A stretch of 64,000 nucleotides of DNA from Candidatus Omnitrophota bacterium (GCA_043805415.1 JAZDHZ010000045.1:26490-90489), one strand, 5' to 3'; positions 1 through 8,895 are shown, counted from the stretch's first letter. The notes: generated from the letters alone by a model not told the origin. Translations and numbers: made by a program.

Positions 1-879
1 ATCAATCAGTTAAAAGCAAAAGCCGCTAAACCTTTTATTGTAGAAACAAATGTGCTTTATCAAGGCAAAAGAGTTAATGCCGTGGACCATCTTATGCTTG
101 GGGCTGAACATGGTTTTGATCTAGTTTCTTTAGGCGTTCCAGTGATTATCGCCGATGGGCTTTGGGGAGAAAATAACATGGATGTGCAGATAAATAAAAA
201 GCATTTTCAAGCGGTTAATATCGCAAAGCCGGTTATGTATTTTGATTCGATTATAAGCATTGCGCATGTAACCGGCCATTTACTCACTGGTTTTGCCGCG
301 TCAATTAAAAATATGGGTATGGGGCTTGCCTCACGCACAGGGAAATTAAGACAGCATTCAAATATTAAACCAAAAATAATCGCGGATAAATGTACTTTTT
401 GTAAGCGTTGTATCAAACAGTGCGCTGTTGCGGCGATCATTGAACAGCAGGCAAAGGCATTTATTAATTCCGATATTTGTATTGGTTGCGGAGAATGCAT
501 TGCTGCGTGCAAATTCGCGGCTATTGCCGATAGCTATGGTGAAGATGCTAAAATTCTAAGCGAAAAAATGGTTGAGTACGCATACGGGGTATTGCTCAAT
601 ATAAAGCAAAAGGTATTTTTTAATTTTGCGATACATATTACCAAAAACTGTGATTGCATGGCAAAGGATGAGCCCGCAATAGTAAATGATATTGGTATAT
701 TTGCTTCAACGGATCCTGTTGCTTGCGATAAAGCTGCAGCGGATATGATTGTGCAAAGTGCTGGTGGAGATGTATTTAAGAAAGTATTTCCAACAGCTGA
801 TTGTTACGTGAATCAGCTAATTTATGCTCAGGAAATCGGATTGGGAAACATGAACTATGATTTGGTGCGTATTAAATGA
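1..879 (+). CDS. DUF362-type Fe-S protein with two 4Fe-4S ferredoxin motifs; 5' end lies outside the window
   Basis: Reading frame is open from nt 1. Two CxxCxxCxxxC motifs (CTFCKRCIKQC, CIGCGECIAAC) sit inside a DUF362-like sequence. Stop overlaps the next start (ATGA). Confidence 0.6.
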   Translation: MNQLKAKAAKPFIVETNVLYQGKRVNAVDHLMLGAEHGFDLVSLGVPVIIADGLWGENNMDVQINKKHFQAVNIAKPVMYFDSIISIAHVTGHLLTGFAASIKNMGMGLASRTGKLRQHSNIKPKIIADKCTFCKRCIKQCAVAAIIEQQAKAFINSDICIGCGECIAACKFAAIADSYGEDAKILSEKMVEYAYGVLLNIKQKVFFNFAIHITKNCDCMAKDEPAIVNDIGIFASTDPVACDKAAADMIVQSAGGDVFKKVFPTADCYVNQLIYAQEIGLGNMNYDLVRIK

Positions 880-1628
880 ATAAAATTGAAGAAAATAAAT
901 TCAGTAAATTGTTTGGAATAAAATATCAAGAAGTGGGAGATTTTGTAGTTATTAGTCCTTTTTTCAACGCGAAATTATTTGCTGTACAACTTAAGGATGT
1001 AAAATTTTTTAAAGGAATGATATTCCATGGTTTAAATGGAACATACAAAGATAAAAAGATTACATTTATTCATACTGGTATGGGGCAATCATTAGTTGCG
1101 GACTGTGTTATGGCTCAAGATAATCAAAAAGTAAAAACCATAGTTTTTCTAGGAGCGGTAGGCGCGGTTAGAGATTTAGACATAGCTGATAATCTGGTTA
1201 TTGAAAAAGCATTTTTTGATACAGAATATTATAATAAATTCGGCATTAAATTAGGTGAAAGCACAACAAAAGAATTTTTTCCCGATAATGAACTTGTGGA
1301 ACGCTGCCTAATTATGGCTAAAGCCCAATATTTTGTGCTGAAAAAAGCTAATGCAATCAGTATTCATACTTTTCTTGATCAAGGTCCTGAAATCGCTAAA
1401 AAATTATCTCTTTTAGGGATTCAATCAGTTGATTTGGAATGCGCGCTATTTTATGCTGCAGCAAGCAGGATGAAAATAAAGGCAATAGCTTTTTGTTTTG
1501 TAAGTGACAATCTTCTCAGTAAGCCTTTTTGGGGCGACTTTTCTTTACTGGATCAAGTAAATATTAAAAACCAAATGCCTAAACTTGTTAAATTTTCCCT
1601 AGAATTTGCAAAAGATGTCCTACCATAG
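876..1628 (+). CDS. nucleoside phosphorylase family-1 protein (MTA/SAH nucleosidase or futalosine hydrolase-like)
   Basis: PNP/UDP-phosphorylase-like glycine-rich blocks (HTGMGQSLVA, FLGAVGAV); 250 aa; translationally coupled to the upstream gene. Confidence 0.5.
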   Translation: MNKIEENKFSKLFGIKYQEVGDFVVISPFFNAKLFAVQLKDVKFFKGMIFHGLNGTYKDKKITFIHTGMGQSLVADCVMAQDNQKVKTIVFLGAVGAVRDLDIADNLVIEKAFFDTEYYNKFGIKLGESTTKEFFPDNELVERCLIMAKAQYFVLKKANAISIHTFLDQGPEIAKKLSLLGIQSVDLECALFYAAASRMKIKAIAFCFVSDNLLSKPFWGDFSLLDQVNIKNQMPKLVKFSLEFAKDVLP

Positions 1629-1648
1629 AGCAGAATTTATAATCTATA

Positions 1649-1670
1649 CAGATACAATATATTGTATCTG
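1649..1670. repeat. perfect 22-nt palindrome CAGATACAATATATTGTATCTG, 21 nt after the stop of the preceding gene
   Basis: Exact reverse-complement symmetry read directly from the sequence. No U-tract follows. Related ACAATA/TATTGT inverted repeats occur at 1684-1692/1737-1745 and 2042-2055. Confidence 0.6.
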
Positions 1671-1803
1671 AAAGTATGCTCAGCTACAATAAATCACGAC
1701 ATATTTTCTGTTTAAAATATATTAACTATCCTATATATTGTAGCTATCTCCTAAGCAATCTGCTAAATGTTGTATAAAATGCTTTAAAAAAGTCAATTTT
1801 TGC

Positions 1804-1832
1804 TTGACTTTTTTGCTAATAAACGACATAAT
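1804..1832 (+). promoter_or_regulatory. sigma70-like promoter (TTGACT, 17 nt spacer, CATAAT)
   Basis: -35 at 1804-1809 and -10 at 1827-1832 with a 17-nt spacer. A 5-nt inverted repeat GTCAA/TTGAC overlaps the -35. Confidence 0.45.
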
Positions 1833-2070
1833 TATACTAAGATTAAAAAGTTTAGCTAAAAGGCGGGAATTACAATAGGTTAACCTTAGTAATTAACTAG
1901 AGCCGGGGGAGTAGGGGCTATAATTATAAACACCCGAATTTCTGCTGTAAAAGCTAGGTATTCCGGTTTTAATGCTAAGATTTTTATGTGTTTGATTTTT
2001 AAAATCTGAAAATAAAACAGATTGTTAGGTTTAATGCGAAAACAATTAAATTGTCAAGTTTTTTTAACAA

Positions 2071-2114
2071 AACCGAGATGGTTTCTTTGAGAGAAACTGT
2101 GTTCGGTTTTTTTG
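2071..2114 (+). terminator. terminator-like two-tier hairpin plus T7 tract, immediately upstream of the coiled-coil gene start
   Basis: AACCGA...GTTTCT-TTGAG-AGAAAC...TCGGTT followed by TTTTTTT. It lies about 270 nt downstream of the 1804 promoter and ends at the TTG/ATG start region. Confidence 0.45.
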
Positions 2115-2153
2115 CTAGAAAATTATAATTTAATTCAAAACGGAAAGATAAAT

Positions 2154-5100
2154 ATGCCAAACCAAATAACTGCCGAAATAAAAAGCTTAGGAAAAAAAAT
2201 AGTAATTACATTTCTAGTGGCGATTATTAATATTATGTTTTTATGCTCTTATGTATATGCGCAGACTGCTGATTCCGTGACTTCACAGAAAAAACAGGAT
2301 TCTTATTACTTTAAAAAGATACTGGATAATGAAATAGCATTTCTTAAGAAAAAAATAAAGCAGCAAGAAGCAGAACATGCGATTGCTTTACAGAATCAAA
2401 GGGATCTTTATGATAAGCTTTTAAAACAACAGGAAGATCAAAAAACAACACAAATAGATAGTAATCAGCAGCAACAAATAGAACAGCTTAATCAGCAGCT
2501 AATTAAAGCTCAGAAACAATCGTTAGAAGATGAAAAACAAATACAACTGCAAAAGCAGGAAAACGATGTTTTGCTTAAAAAACAGAGTGAGCGTGATAGT
2601 CAAAGCAAAGAAACTAGTAAGGCTCAAAGCGTAGAGCTCTTACAGCTAAAAGAGCAACTGGCTGAGGCTCAAGGCCAAATACAGTCATATATCCAACAGT
2701 TAGAACAACAAAATCAAATAAAAGATAACTTCTTAAAAGATCAGTCGGGGTTGAATCAAGAAAAGATAAAAATTGATGAAAATCAAAGAAAAGAAATTGC
2801 TCAATTAAAAGAGGAGTTGTCTAAAATTCAAAGGCAAAATGAAACCGATAGCAATGACTTGATTGAACTTAAAAAAACAAACGCAGGTTTACGGGATATC
2901 CAGAATCAAATCAAAAGGGAAAAAGAAAAAACATATCAGGATGCGCAGGTTTCTATAGAAGAACTCAGAGCCAAACTAAAGATATCTGAGCAGCAACGCG
3001 ATGAAGAGAGTAAAGATTACGAACAAGCGTTAATTCAAAAAGAGCTCGAGCATGGCATAAAACTTAAAACTCTATCTGATCAATTTGAAAAAGTCGTAAA
3101 TGTGGCAAAGAAAATAAAGACCACAGCAGATATGCCTAGCGGGAACAATCAGATGCAAGGGCTTAAAGAGCAAGTGAAATTGCTTAATGAAAAGCTGGAA
3201 ATGCAAGAAAAAGCGCAAGCAGAGCTTCTTGCCGCAAAAGAAAAACAATACAATGAACAGCTTCAAAAAATAGGGGAAGGTAAAGTAAAAGAGAGTTTTA
3301 ATCGCGAACAGGAAATTGGTGATATTAAAAACGCCGTTTCTCAGCGGGACAGCCAAATTATGGCACTCATGCAACAGGTGAAAGATTTAACGGAAAAGCA
3401 TGAAAAACAGCAAGCTATTTTCGATCAAATCCTTGCGCGTAAAGACAAGGAGCTTAAAGAACAATTAGATAAGCTTGCGCAGCAGGGCAAAGAAGAATCT
3501 TTAAAAGCGGAAGACGCTTTTGAAAGTAAGCTGATTGATAAATATAAGCAACTCGATAGAGTGATGCGCGAAAAAGAAGAAATGCAAACTAAAATATTAG
3601 CAGATAAAGATGAAGAGGTTAAAGAAATTAAAGCTCAAGCTTTAGAACGTGAAAAAACGTTAAGACAGTTCAACGCAACGAAAGAGATGGAATTTAATAG
3701 AGAAATTGAAAAGCAAAAAGATGAAGCAGAACAACAAATAAAAGCACTGAAAAAATCTTTAGAGCAATTAAAAATTTATCAGATCAAGTTAAAAGAAGAA
3801 TTAAAAACACAGGAAATAGTGCTTAAAGAGAAAGATAATAGGCTTACTAATTTAAATAAAAAGTTATCGCTTTATTCAGGAGAAGAAATAGCAAGTCAGC
3901 AAAAAATCACTCAGGTCTTGCAAGATGATTTGAGTAATACGCAGCTAGAAAATCAGCGTTTGTCAAAAGAAGTGCAACAGTTAAGCCAAGAACTTAAAGC
4001 ACAGCAAGCTGTGTTTGAGCAGGAATTATCTCTTAAAAAGGCAACAATTGAAGAATATAAGAAGAGTTTTGCTTCTCAGCAGGATGTAACAGATCAAAGT
4101 CTAGCCAAAAGGCAGCAGACGATCAAAGATTTTGAACAACAAATTGCTGATCAAAAAAAAGAGATTGAATCTTATCAGAAAAAAGGAGCAGATTCTGTTC
4201 GGGATTTAAATAGTGAAATAAAACAACTAAAAAAAGAACACGAAGAATTAATTGTTAAAAAAACCCAAGCTATTAATGACCTTGAGAATGCACTTGCTCA
4301 GCAGAAAAAGAATTTTGGAGATGATTTAGTAGGTCAGAAAAAAACAATGGAAATTCTTGAAGCGGATTTAACAGAGCAAAAGATGGTATTTACTGCTGAT
4401 CTAGAAAAAAGTAGAAAAGTGATTCAAGACTTAGAGCAGAAAAATATGCTATTAGAATCGCAGCATAGCGAAGCTTTAGCAAAAAAAGACGAGACGATCG
4501 AAAGGCTTAATCAGCAAATCCAAGAACAAAAAAATATTGCGACCCAAAACCTAGACTCTAAAGGGGGGGCCATAGAGGAAGCAAAAAATCAGCTCCAGGA
4601 CCAGAAAACTAAATATGAGGATTTACTTGCTAAAGAGAAAAAGCAAAGCGCAGATCTGAATAAAAGCTTATTGGATCAAAAGGCTATCTTTGAGAATCGC
4701 TTGGCTAAACAGAAAAAAAGCATGGTAGATCTGGAAAATAAATACGAAGAGAAACTGATTAATAATTCTGAAGAATGGGAAAAGAAAATAAAGCTGTTAG
4801 AAGCTAAATATATAACCAATCTTCATGAGGAAGAAGACAGTAAGTTAAAAGCAGAACAAGAATACAAGAAGCGCTTAGAAGAAGTCTCGGTCAAACTTAA
4901 AGATAAAGTTATTGAAGACAGTGAACTTAAAACAAAGATGGATGATTTTCGTCAAAACCAAGTAGAATTGCTTGAAGAAATGCTTATGAGTAAAGCTACG
5001 ATGATGCAGAATTTAACGTTAGATTTTAAAGGAAAAGAAAAAGAACGCGCGCAGATTTATTTTCAAAGAGCAATGACTGCTATTTTAAAGAAAAATTATG

Positions 5101-5207
5101 CGCGTGCAAAATATGAGTTAGAACAAGTATTAACGATTGAACCAGAAGATCAAATAACGGTTGACATTTTAGGGAGTCTTGAGTTTTTGCTTGAGAGGAC
5201 GCAATAG
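2154..5207 (+). CDS. giant membrane-anchored coiled-coil protein (about 1017 aa, Q/K/E-rich) with a C-terminal TPR-like region
   Basis: ATG at 2154 gives an N-terminal hydrophobic segment (IVITFLVAIINIMFLCSYVYA). The ORF track alternatively starts at TTG 2112. About 900 aa have heptad-like low-complexity composition. The C-terminal approximately 70 aa are TPR-like. Confidence 0.6.
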   Translation: MPNQITAEIKSLGKKIVITFLVAIINIMFLCSYVYAQTADSVTSQKKQDSYYFKKILDNEIAFLKKKIKQQEAEHAIALQNQRDLYDKLLKQQEDQKTTQIDSNQQQQIEQLNQQLIKAQKQSLEDEKQIQLQKQENDVLLKKQSERDSQSKETSKAQSVELLQLKEQLAEAQGQIQSYIQQLEQQNQIKDNFLKDQSGLNQEKIKIDENQRKEIAQLKEELSKIQRQNETDSNDLIELKKTNAGLRDIQNQIKREKEKTYQDAQVSIEELRAKLKISEQQRDEESKDYEQALIQKELEHGIKLKTLSDQFEKVVNVAKKIKTTADMPSGNNQMQGLKEQVKLLNEKLEMQEKAQAELLAAKEKQYNEQLQKIGEGKVKESFNREQEIGDIKNAVSQRDSQIMALMQQVKDLTEKHEKQQAIFDQILARKDKELKEQLDKLAQQGKEESLKAEDAFESKLIDKYKQLDRVMREKEEMQTKILADKDEEVKEIKAQALEREKTLRQFNATKEMEFNREIEKQKDEAEQQIKALKKSLEQLKIYQIKLKEELKTQEIVLKEKDNRLTNLNKKLSLYSGEEIASQQKITQVLQDDLSNTQLENQRLSKEVQQLSQELKAQQAVFEQELSLKKATIEEYKKSFASQQDVTDQSLAKRQQTIKDFEQQIADQKKEIESYQKKGADSVRDLNSEIKQLKKEHEELIVKKTQAINDLENALAQQKKNFGDDLVGQKKTMEILEADLTEQKMVFTADLEKSRKVIQDLEQKNMLLESQHSEALAKKDETIERLNQQIQEQKNIATQNLDSKGGAIEEAKNQLQDQKTKYEDLLAKEKKQSADLNKSLLDQKAIFENRLAKQKKSMVDLENKYEEKLINNSEEWEKKIKLLEAKYITNLHEEEDSKLKAEQEYKKRLEEVSVKLKDKVIEDSELKTKMDDFRQNQVELLEEMLMSKATMMQNLTLDFKGKEKERAQIYFQRAMTAILKKNYARAKYELEQVLTIEPEDQITVDILGSLEFLLERTQ

Positions 5208-5249
5208 GGCGAGTATTTTAATTCGTTTTTAGAGAGGAGGAAGGTATTT

Positions 5250-5726
5250 ATGAAAACTTCAGTAGCGCAAGTAGAAAGGTCTGCAAGAGACCAGGCAACA
5301 TCAATGTTTTTTCCCGAAGGGATAATTGGCTTTAGTGAGCACAAAGAGTTTAGTATTATTGATAATAAATCAAAAGAACCTTTTGTTTGGATGGAGTCAG
5401 CGCAGGATAATAACCTGTCATTTATAATAATTAATCCCAAAGAATTTAAGCAAGGATATGAGCCGATCCTAAGCGCAGCCGATAAAACGGCTTTAAAAAT
5501 TAATGATTTATCGGAATGTTTAATTTATGCTCTTGTGTGTGTTCCTAAAGATTCAGATGAAATCAGCGCTAATTTGCTTGCGCCCATTATTATAAACAAA
5601 AATAGTAATATTGGAAGGCAGGTAATTTTACACGATCAGGATTATTCAGTGCAACATTTAATTTTAGAAGAGATGCTAAGAAAGATAGAGGATACGGATG
5701 TTAGTTCTTTCGCGCAAGCCAAATGA
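5250..5726 (+). CDS. fliW: flagellar assembly factor FliW
   Basis: FliW-like N-terminal motif (FPEGIIGF...FSII). Strong SD GAGGAGG 8 nt upstream. Overlaps csrA by 29 nt, the canonical fliW-csrA pairing. Confidence 0.7.
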   Translation: MKTSVAQVERSARDQATSMFFPEGIIGFSEHKEFSIIDNKSKEPFVWMESAQDNNLSFIIINPKEFKQGYEPILSAADKTALKINDLSECLIYALVCVPKDSDEISANLLAPIIINKNSNIGRQVILHDQDYSVQHLILEEMLRKIEDTDVSSFAQAK

Positions 5727-5946
5727 AAGTATAATCATTGGAGATAATATAGAAATCAAGGTCGTTGAAGTTCGAGGAGAGCAGGTAAAACTGGGAATAA
5801 CTGCACCTCGAGAGGTTCCTGTACACAGGAAAGAGATTTATAATTCTATCCATGACCAAAATATTAATTCATCCAAAAATAAACATGCAAATTTGGACAA
5901 ACTTTCGCAGTTATTTAAAAAGAAAAGAGAACCATCATCAGAGTAA
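5698..5946 (+). CDS. csrA: carbon storage regulator CsrA (RNA-binding)
   Basis: [48 protein letters not shown] is a near-canonical CsrA sequence. Confidence 0.9.
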   Translation: MLVLSRKPNESIIIGDNIEIKVVEVRGEQVKLGITAPREVPVHRKEIYNSIHDQNINSSKNKHANLDKLSQLFKKKREPSSE

Positions 5947-5952
5947 GCGAAT

Positions 5953-5990
5953 GTTTGTATTATTACAAACAAAGTTTATCGTTTTTTGAT
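5953..5990 (+). terminator. possible terminator hairpin after csrA
   Basis: GTTTGTA-TTAT-TACAAAC stem-loop, then a T-rich tract (GTTTTTTG) about 12 nt downstream. AT-rich and weak. Confidence 0.3.
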
Positions 5991-6086
5991 TTCTTTTTAT
6001 AGTTTCAATGGGCAAACAAATAGATAAAAAATTATTCCTAGATGATTTATAAAAGATTAACATGCGTAGATTTAAGCAGAACAGGT

Positions 6087-6308
6087 TTAGTTTAAATGAA
6101 TTCGAGCTATTTTTGTTTTTATAATTTTACGCTGTATATTATTAAACAAAAAAGAAGCACGTTTTATGTCTGCATCACTTACATGCGCAGCAATTGAATT
6201 TTCAAAAATAACCACCTTTAGAGCAGTAGCATGGCTTTTCTTAACACCACTCTTATGAAGCTTTTTTTTGTAGTTTTTATGGTAAGGTTGGGAATTGCTA
6301 TTAGGCAT
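6087..6308 (-). CDS. small basic protein (73 aa) of unknown function with strong expression signals
   Basis: Minus-strand ORF preceded by a perfect AGGAGG SD (plus-strand coordinates 6320-6325) and a TTGACA-17-TAAACT promoter. No family recognised. Confidence 0.45.
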   Translation of the reverse strand: MPNSNSQPYHKNYKKKLHKSGVKKSHATALKVVIFENSIAAHVSDADIKRASFLFNNIQRKIIKTKIARIHLN

Positions 6309-6357
6309 CTGGTTATTTACCTCCTTGTAAATGTAGGATGACTCCGTTCAACAAAAT

Positions 6358-6387
6358 AAGTTTAACACGCCTGTCTTTTTTTGTCAA
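6358..6387 (-). promoter_or_regulatory. sigma70-like promoter for the small basic ORF (TTGACA, 17 nt spacer, TAAACT, on the minus strand)
   Basis: Plus-strand TGTCAA at 6382-6387 and AGTTTA at 6359-6364. Confidence 0.45.
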
Positions 6388-6591
6388 GTCTTTTATTTGT
6401 AGATAGTAATGAGTTTGGAAACAAATTTTTATGGTTTTACACTAAAAGAATAATTCTAATAGTTTAATATTTTAGGATGCTAATCGCTTAATTAGGATCA
6501 ATCAAATTAGTTATCTTCCAGGATTGTGTGGTAATAAGTAAGTTATTTAGAATAAGTTACATCAAGGAATGCTTTCTGGATTATGTTTTCT

Positions 6592-6620
6592 TGGATAAAT
6601 CAGGATAATTTAGTATAATA
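6592..6620 (+). promoter_or_regulatory. sigma70-like promoter (TTGGAT, 17 nt spacer, TATAAT) upstream of the SecY-like gene
   Basis: Consensus -10 TATAAT at 6615-6620 with 17-nt spacing to TTGGAT at 6592-6597. Confidence 0.5.
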
Positions 6621-6689
6621 ATTTTAATAAAAGCACGATAAGGGATAGCAGGCGCGTTCTTATTTGAAGACTTTACTAAAAATCGGAAG

Positions 6690-8162
6690 ATGTTTGTAAA
6701 CCAGCGGGGGGCAGTAATGGCTAAACCTAATAAGAATCAATCCAGTAGTTACGTAATTTTCAAAAGAGTGCTGGTTAGTTTTGCAGCGATAATTTTTTTG
6801 AGATTGATTTACTTTATCCCGTTGCCTGGAGTCAGGCTGGATGCTTTGATTGACTTTTATCAGCATCATATTGTTGCTCAAGGGGGAGGATTTTTCGATT
6901 TAATGGCTTTGCTGCATTTTGGTAAATTGAGAAATCTTTCTTTGTTTACGTTAGGAATCATGCCGTTTATTAATGCCTGCATTCTTGTTCAAATAATAGG
7001 GTTTCTTGTCCCCGGTCTAAATAAAAAATTTTTCCAAGTTAAAGATACTTCAGAAATAACTATGTTTGTTACAATTGTTGCGGCAATTTTTTTAAGCGCC
7101 TTTCACGCCTATTTTATAGCTCAGGATATTGAATTGCTGAATAGTTTTCCCGGCTTTAATATAATTAGTTTTGAAGGATTTTTGTTTCAAATCACTACGA
7201 TTTTGTCAATTATTGGCGCGGTGATTATTTTTATAATATTAGCTGAAGTAATAAATAGGTTTGGAATAGGCAATGGTGTCGCAGTAATTTTTGCTTCTGA
7301 GATATTAATCCGATTTGTTTTTGCCTTAGACCAAGTATCTATTTTTTACGGAAGAAAATTAATTGACCTGGCACAACTCATGTTATTTGGGTTTGTATGT
7401 TTTTTGTTTATATGTTTTGCTCGATATGTTACTTTATTCTGTCAGAAAATTGAGTTTTGCACATCTGATGATGAAAAATTCATTATTAAGATTAGGCCGA
7501 TTTGGATTAGTGTTTGGCCGCTTATTATTACGCAAGCTATTCTATCTTTTTTTGAAATTTCTTTGAATCTATTCTCATTTTTAGCTATTTTGTTTATATG
7601 CGCTTTTGTTAGTTTTTTGTACGCAAAAGTTATTTATCAACCAAGGCGTTTTTATGAGGTGCTTTTGGCGCGGAAATGTAAGGCGCATAAAAGTCAGAAA
7701 AAAATGATTGAGGATAGTTTGAATCACGCGATGATTTACAGCGTTTGTTTAAGCCTGTTACTATTTATGGTAATGTATTATTTACCTATAATTTTACCTT
7801 TTGGACTTAAAATTTCTTTTTTAAGCTCAGGAATGTTCGGGGCATTTGGAGTAATTATTCTGGTTGGATTGTTTTATAATATTAGTGACCAAATAAAATT
7901 TTTCAAGAGGATCTATAGCTTTCCCGAGACAGACTGGCAACTCCTAACTATTTCTTATGATGAGGTCCACGCTGAGGTGGAAAAAGCATGTTTGCGTAGT
8001 CATGGGATCATGGCTGAGATTAAGCCTTCGCATTTTAACTGGGGGCTGCCGATTCAAACAGTTGCTTCCGGGTATTCAATATATGTTTCTAATCAAGACA
8101 AATCAAAGGCTTTATCAATAATCAAAAGACTAAAAACAGATTGGCAAGCAAAGGCTATTTAG
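6690..8162 (+). CDS. SecY-like translocon-family membrane protein with a divergent C-terminal half and an added C-terminal DUF2007-like domain
   Basis: The N-terminal half aligns by eye to SecY TM1-TM5: FIPLPGV, the plug/TM2 motif LGIMPFINACILVQII (compare LGIMPYISASIIIQLL) and GIGNGVAVIF (compare GIGNGISIII). The conserved C5-loop FxPGIRPG motif is absent. The last approximately 90 aa (LLTISYDEVHAEVEKACLRSHGIMAEI...GYSIYVSNQDKSKALSIIKRL) resemble the DUF2007 fold. A more likely start is ATG 6717. Confidence 0.6.
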   Translation: MFVNQRGAVMAKPNKNQSSSYVIFKRVLVSFAAIIFLRLIYFIPLPGVRLDALIDFYQHHIVAQGGGFFDLMALLHFGKLRNLSLFTLGIMPFINACILVQIIGFLVPGLNKKFFQVKDTSEITMFVTIVAAIFLSAFHAYFIAQDIELLNSFPGFNIISFEGFLFQITTILSIIGAVIIFIILAEVINRFGIGNGVAVIFASEILIRFVFALDQVSIFYGRKLIDLAQLMLFGFVCFLFICFARYVTLFCQKIEFCTSDDEKFIIKIRPIWISVWPLIITQAILSFFEISLNLFSFLAILFICAFVSFLYAKVIYQPRRFYEVLLARKCKAHKSQKKMIEDSLNHAMIYSVCLSLLLFMVMYYLPIILPFGLKISFLSSGMFGAFGVIILVGLFYNISDQIKFFKRIYSFPETDWQLLTISYDEVHAEVEKACLRSHGIMAEIKPSHFNWGLPIQTVASGYSIYVSNQDKSKALSIIKRLKTDWQAKAI

Positions 8163-8895
8163 TTTTTGGTTTAAGTGTTTCTATTACGCGTTTTAAGTCT
8201 TCTTCTGTATCGACGCTTATGGTACTATGTTTTGTCTCAATCACCTTAATTTGATAGCCATGTTCTAAGGCGCGGAGTTGTTCGAGCGATTCTGCCTCTT
8301 CAAGTTTGGAAGTTTTTAATCCTTTGAAGGTTAGTAAAAAGTCTTTAGTGTATGCATAAATTCCTAAGTGTTTATAAAAGTCTGGGACGTTTTTACTATT
8401 TTTTCGTAATATATTAGGAATTGGAGAACGAGAGAAATAAAGAGCAAAATTGTCTTTTGTTGTGACAACCTTAACAACATTAGGATTAGTATAGTCTTCA
8501 GCATCTGTTATCCGATGCTTAAGTGTGGACATTACTAGATTTTTATTTTCAAGCAGAGCATAAACAACATCATTTATCATTGAAGGTTGAATCAAGGGTT
8601 CATCTCCTTGGATGTTGACAACTATTTTAACATCCAGATCAAATACTACCTCGGTTAAGCGTTCAGTTCCAGAGGAGTGTTCTTTGGATGTTAATACAAC
8701 TTTGCCTCCAAATTTATCAACAGCTTCTTTGATTCTAACATCGTCAGTAGCTATAATAACATCATCCAATACGGAAGCTTCTTTAGCTCTTTCATAGATA
8801 TGCTGGATCATTGGCTTTCCCCATATATCAGCTAAAGCTTTAGCGTGAAGGCGGGTTGAGCCGTATCGTGCTGGTATTACACCGATAACTTCCAT
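8155..8895 (-). CDS. kdsB: 3-deoxy-manno-octulosonate cytidylyltransferase (CMP-KDO synthetase)
   Basis: IPARYGSTRLHAKALADIWGKPMIQH N-terminal signature; 246 aa; convergent with and overlapping the SecY-like gene's 3' end. Confidence 0.85.
   Translation of the reverse strand: MEVIGVIPARYGSTRLHAKALADIWGKPMIQHIYERAKEASVLDDVIIATDDVRIKEAVDKFGGKVVLTSKEHSSGTERLTEVVFDLDVKIVVNIQGDEPLIQPSMINDVVYALLENKNLVMSTLKHRITDAEDYTNPNVVKVVTTKDNFALYFSRSPIPNILRKNSKNVPDFYKHLGIYAYTKDFLLTFKGLKTSKLEEAESLEQLRALEHGYQIKVIETKHSTISVDTEEDLKRVIETLKPKTK

Noticed and set aside
1840-2115. Known structured RNAs (tmRNA, SRP RNA, RNase P RNA, 6S RNA, c-di-GMP riboswitch) in the long leader before the coiled-coil gene
   Set aside because: None of the hallmark motifs (tmRNA tag-reading frame and CCA-like end, SRP domain IV, P4 of RNase P) are present. 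I kept it only as an unclassified leader or sRNA candidate.
2112-2153. TTG start at 2112 for the coiled-coil gene and TTG start at 60541 for nrdJ, as in the ORF track
   Set aside because: ATG 2154 yields a signal-anchor-like N-terminus, and ATG 60583 yields a canonical NrdJ N-terminus with a GA-rich RBS. The upstream extensions overlap terminator hairpins and U-tracts.
3072-3374. Antisense ORFs inside the coiled-coil gene and other embedded ORFs (14385-14795, 26719-27261, 33262-33669, 53784-54350, 7363-7566, 25960-26379)
   Set aside because: They overlap well-supported genes on the opposite strand or in another frame. They have low-complexity translations, no RBS and no homology, and are typical frame artefacts of AT-rich or K/E-rich coding DNA.
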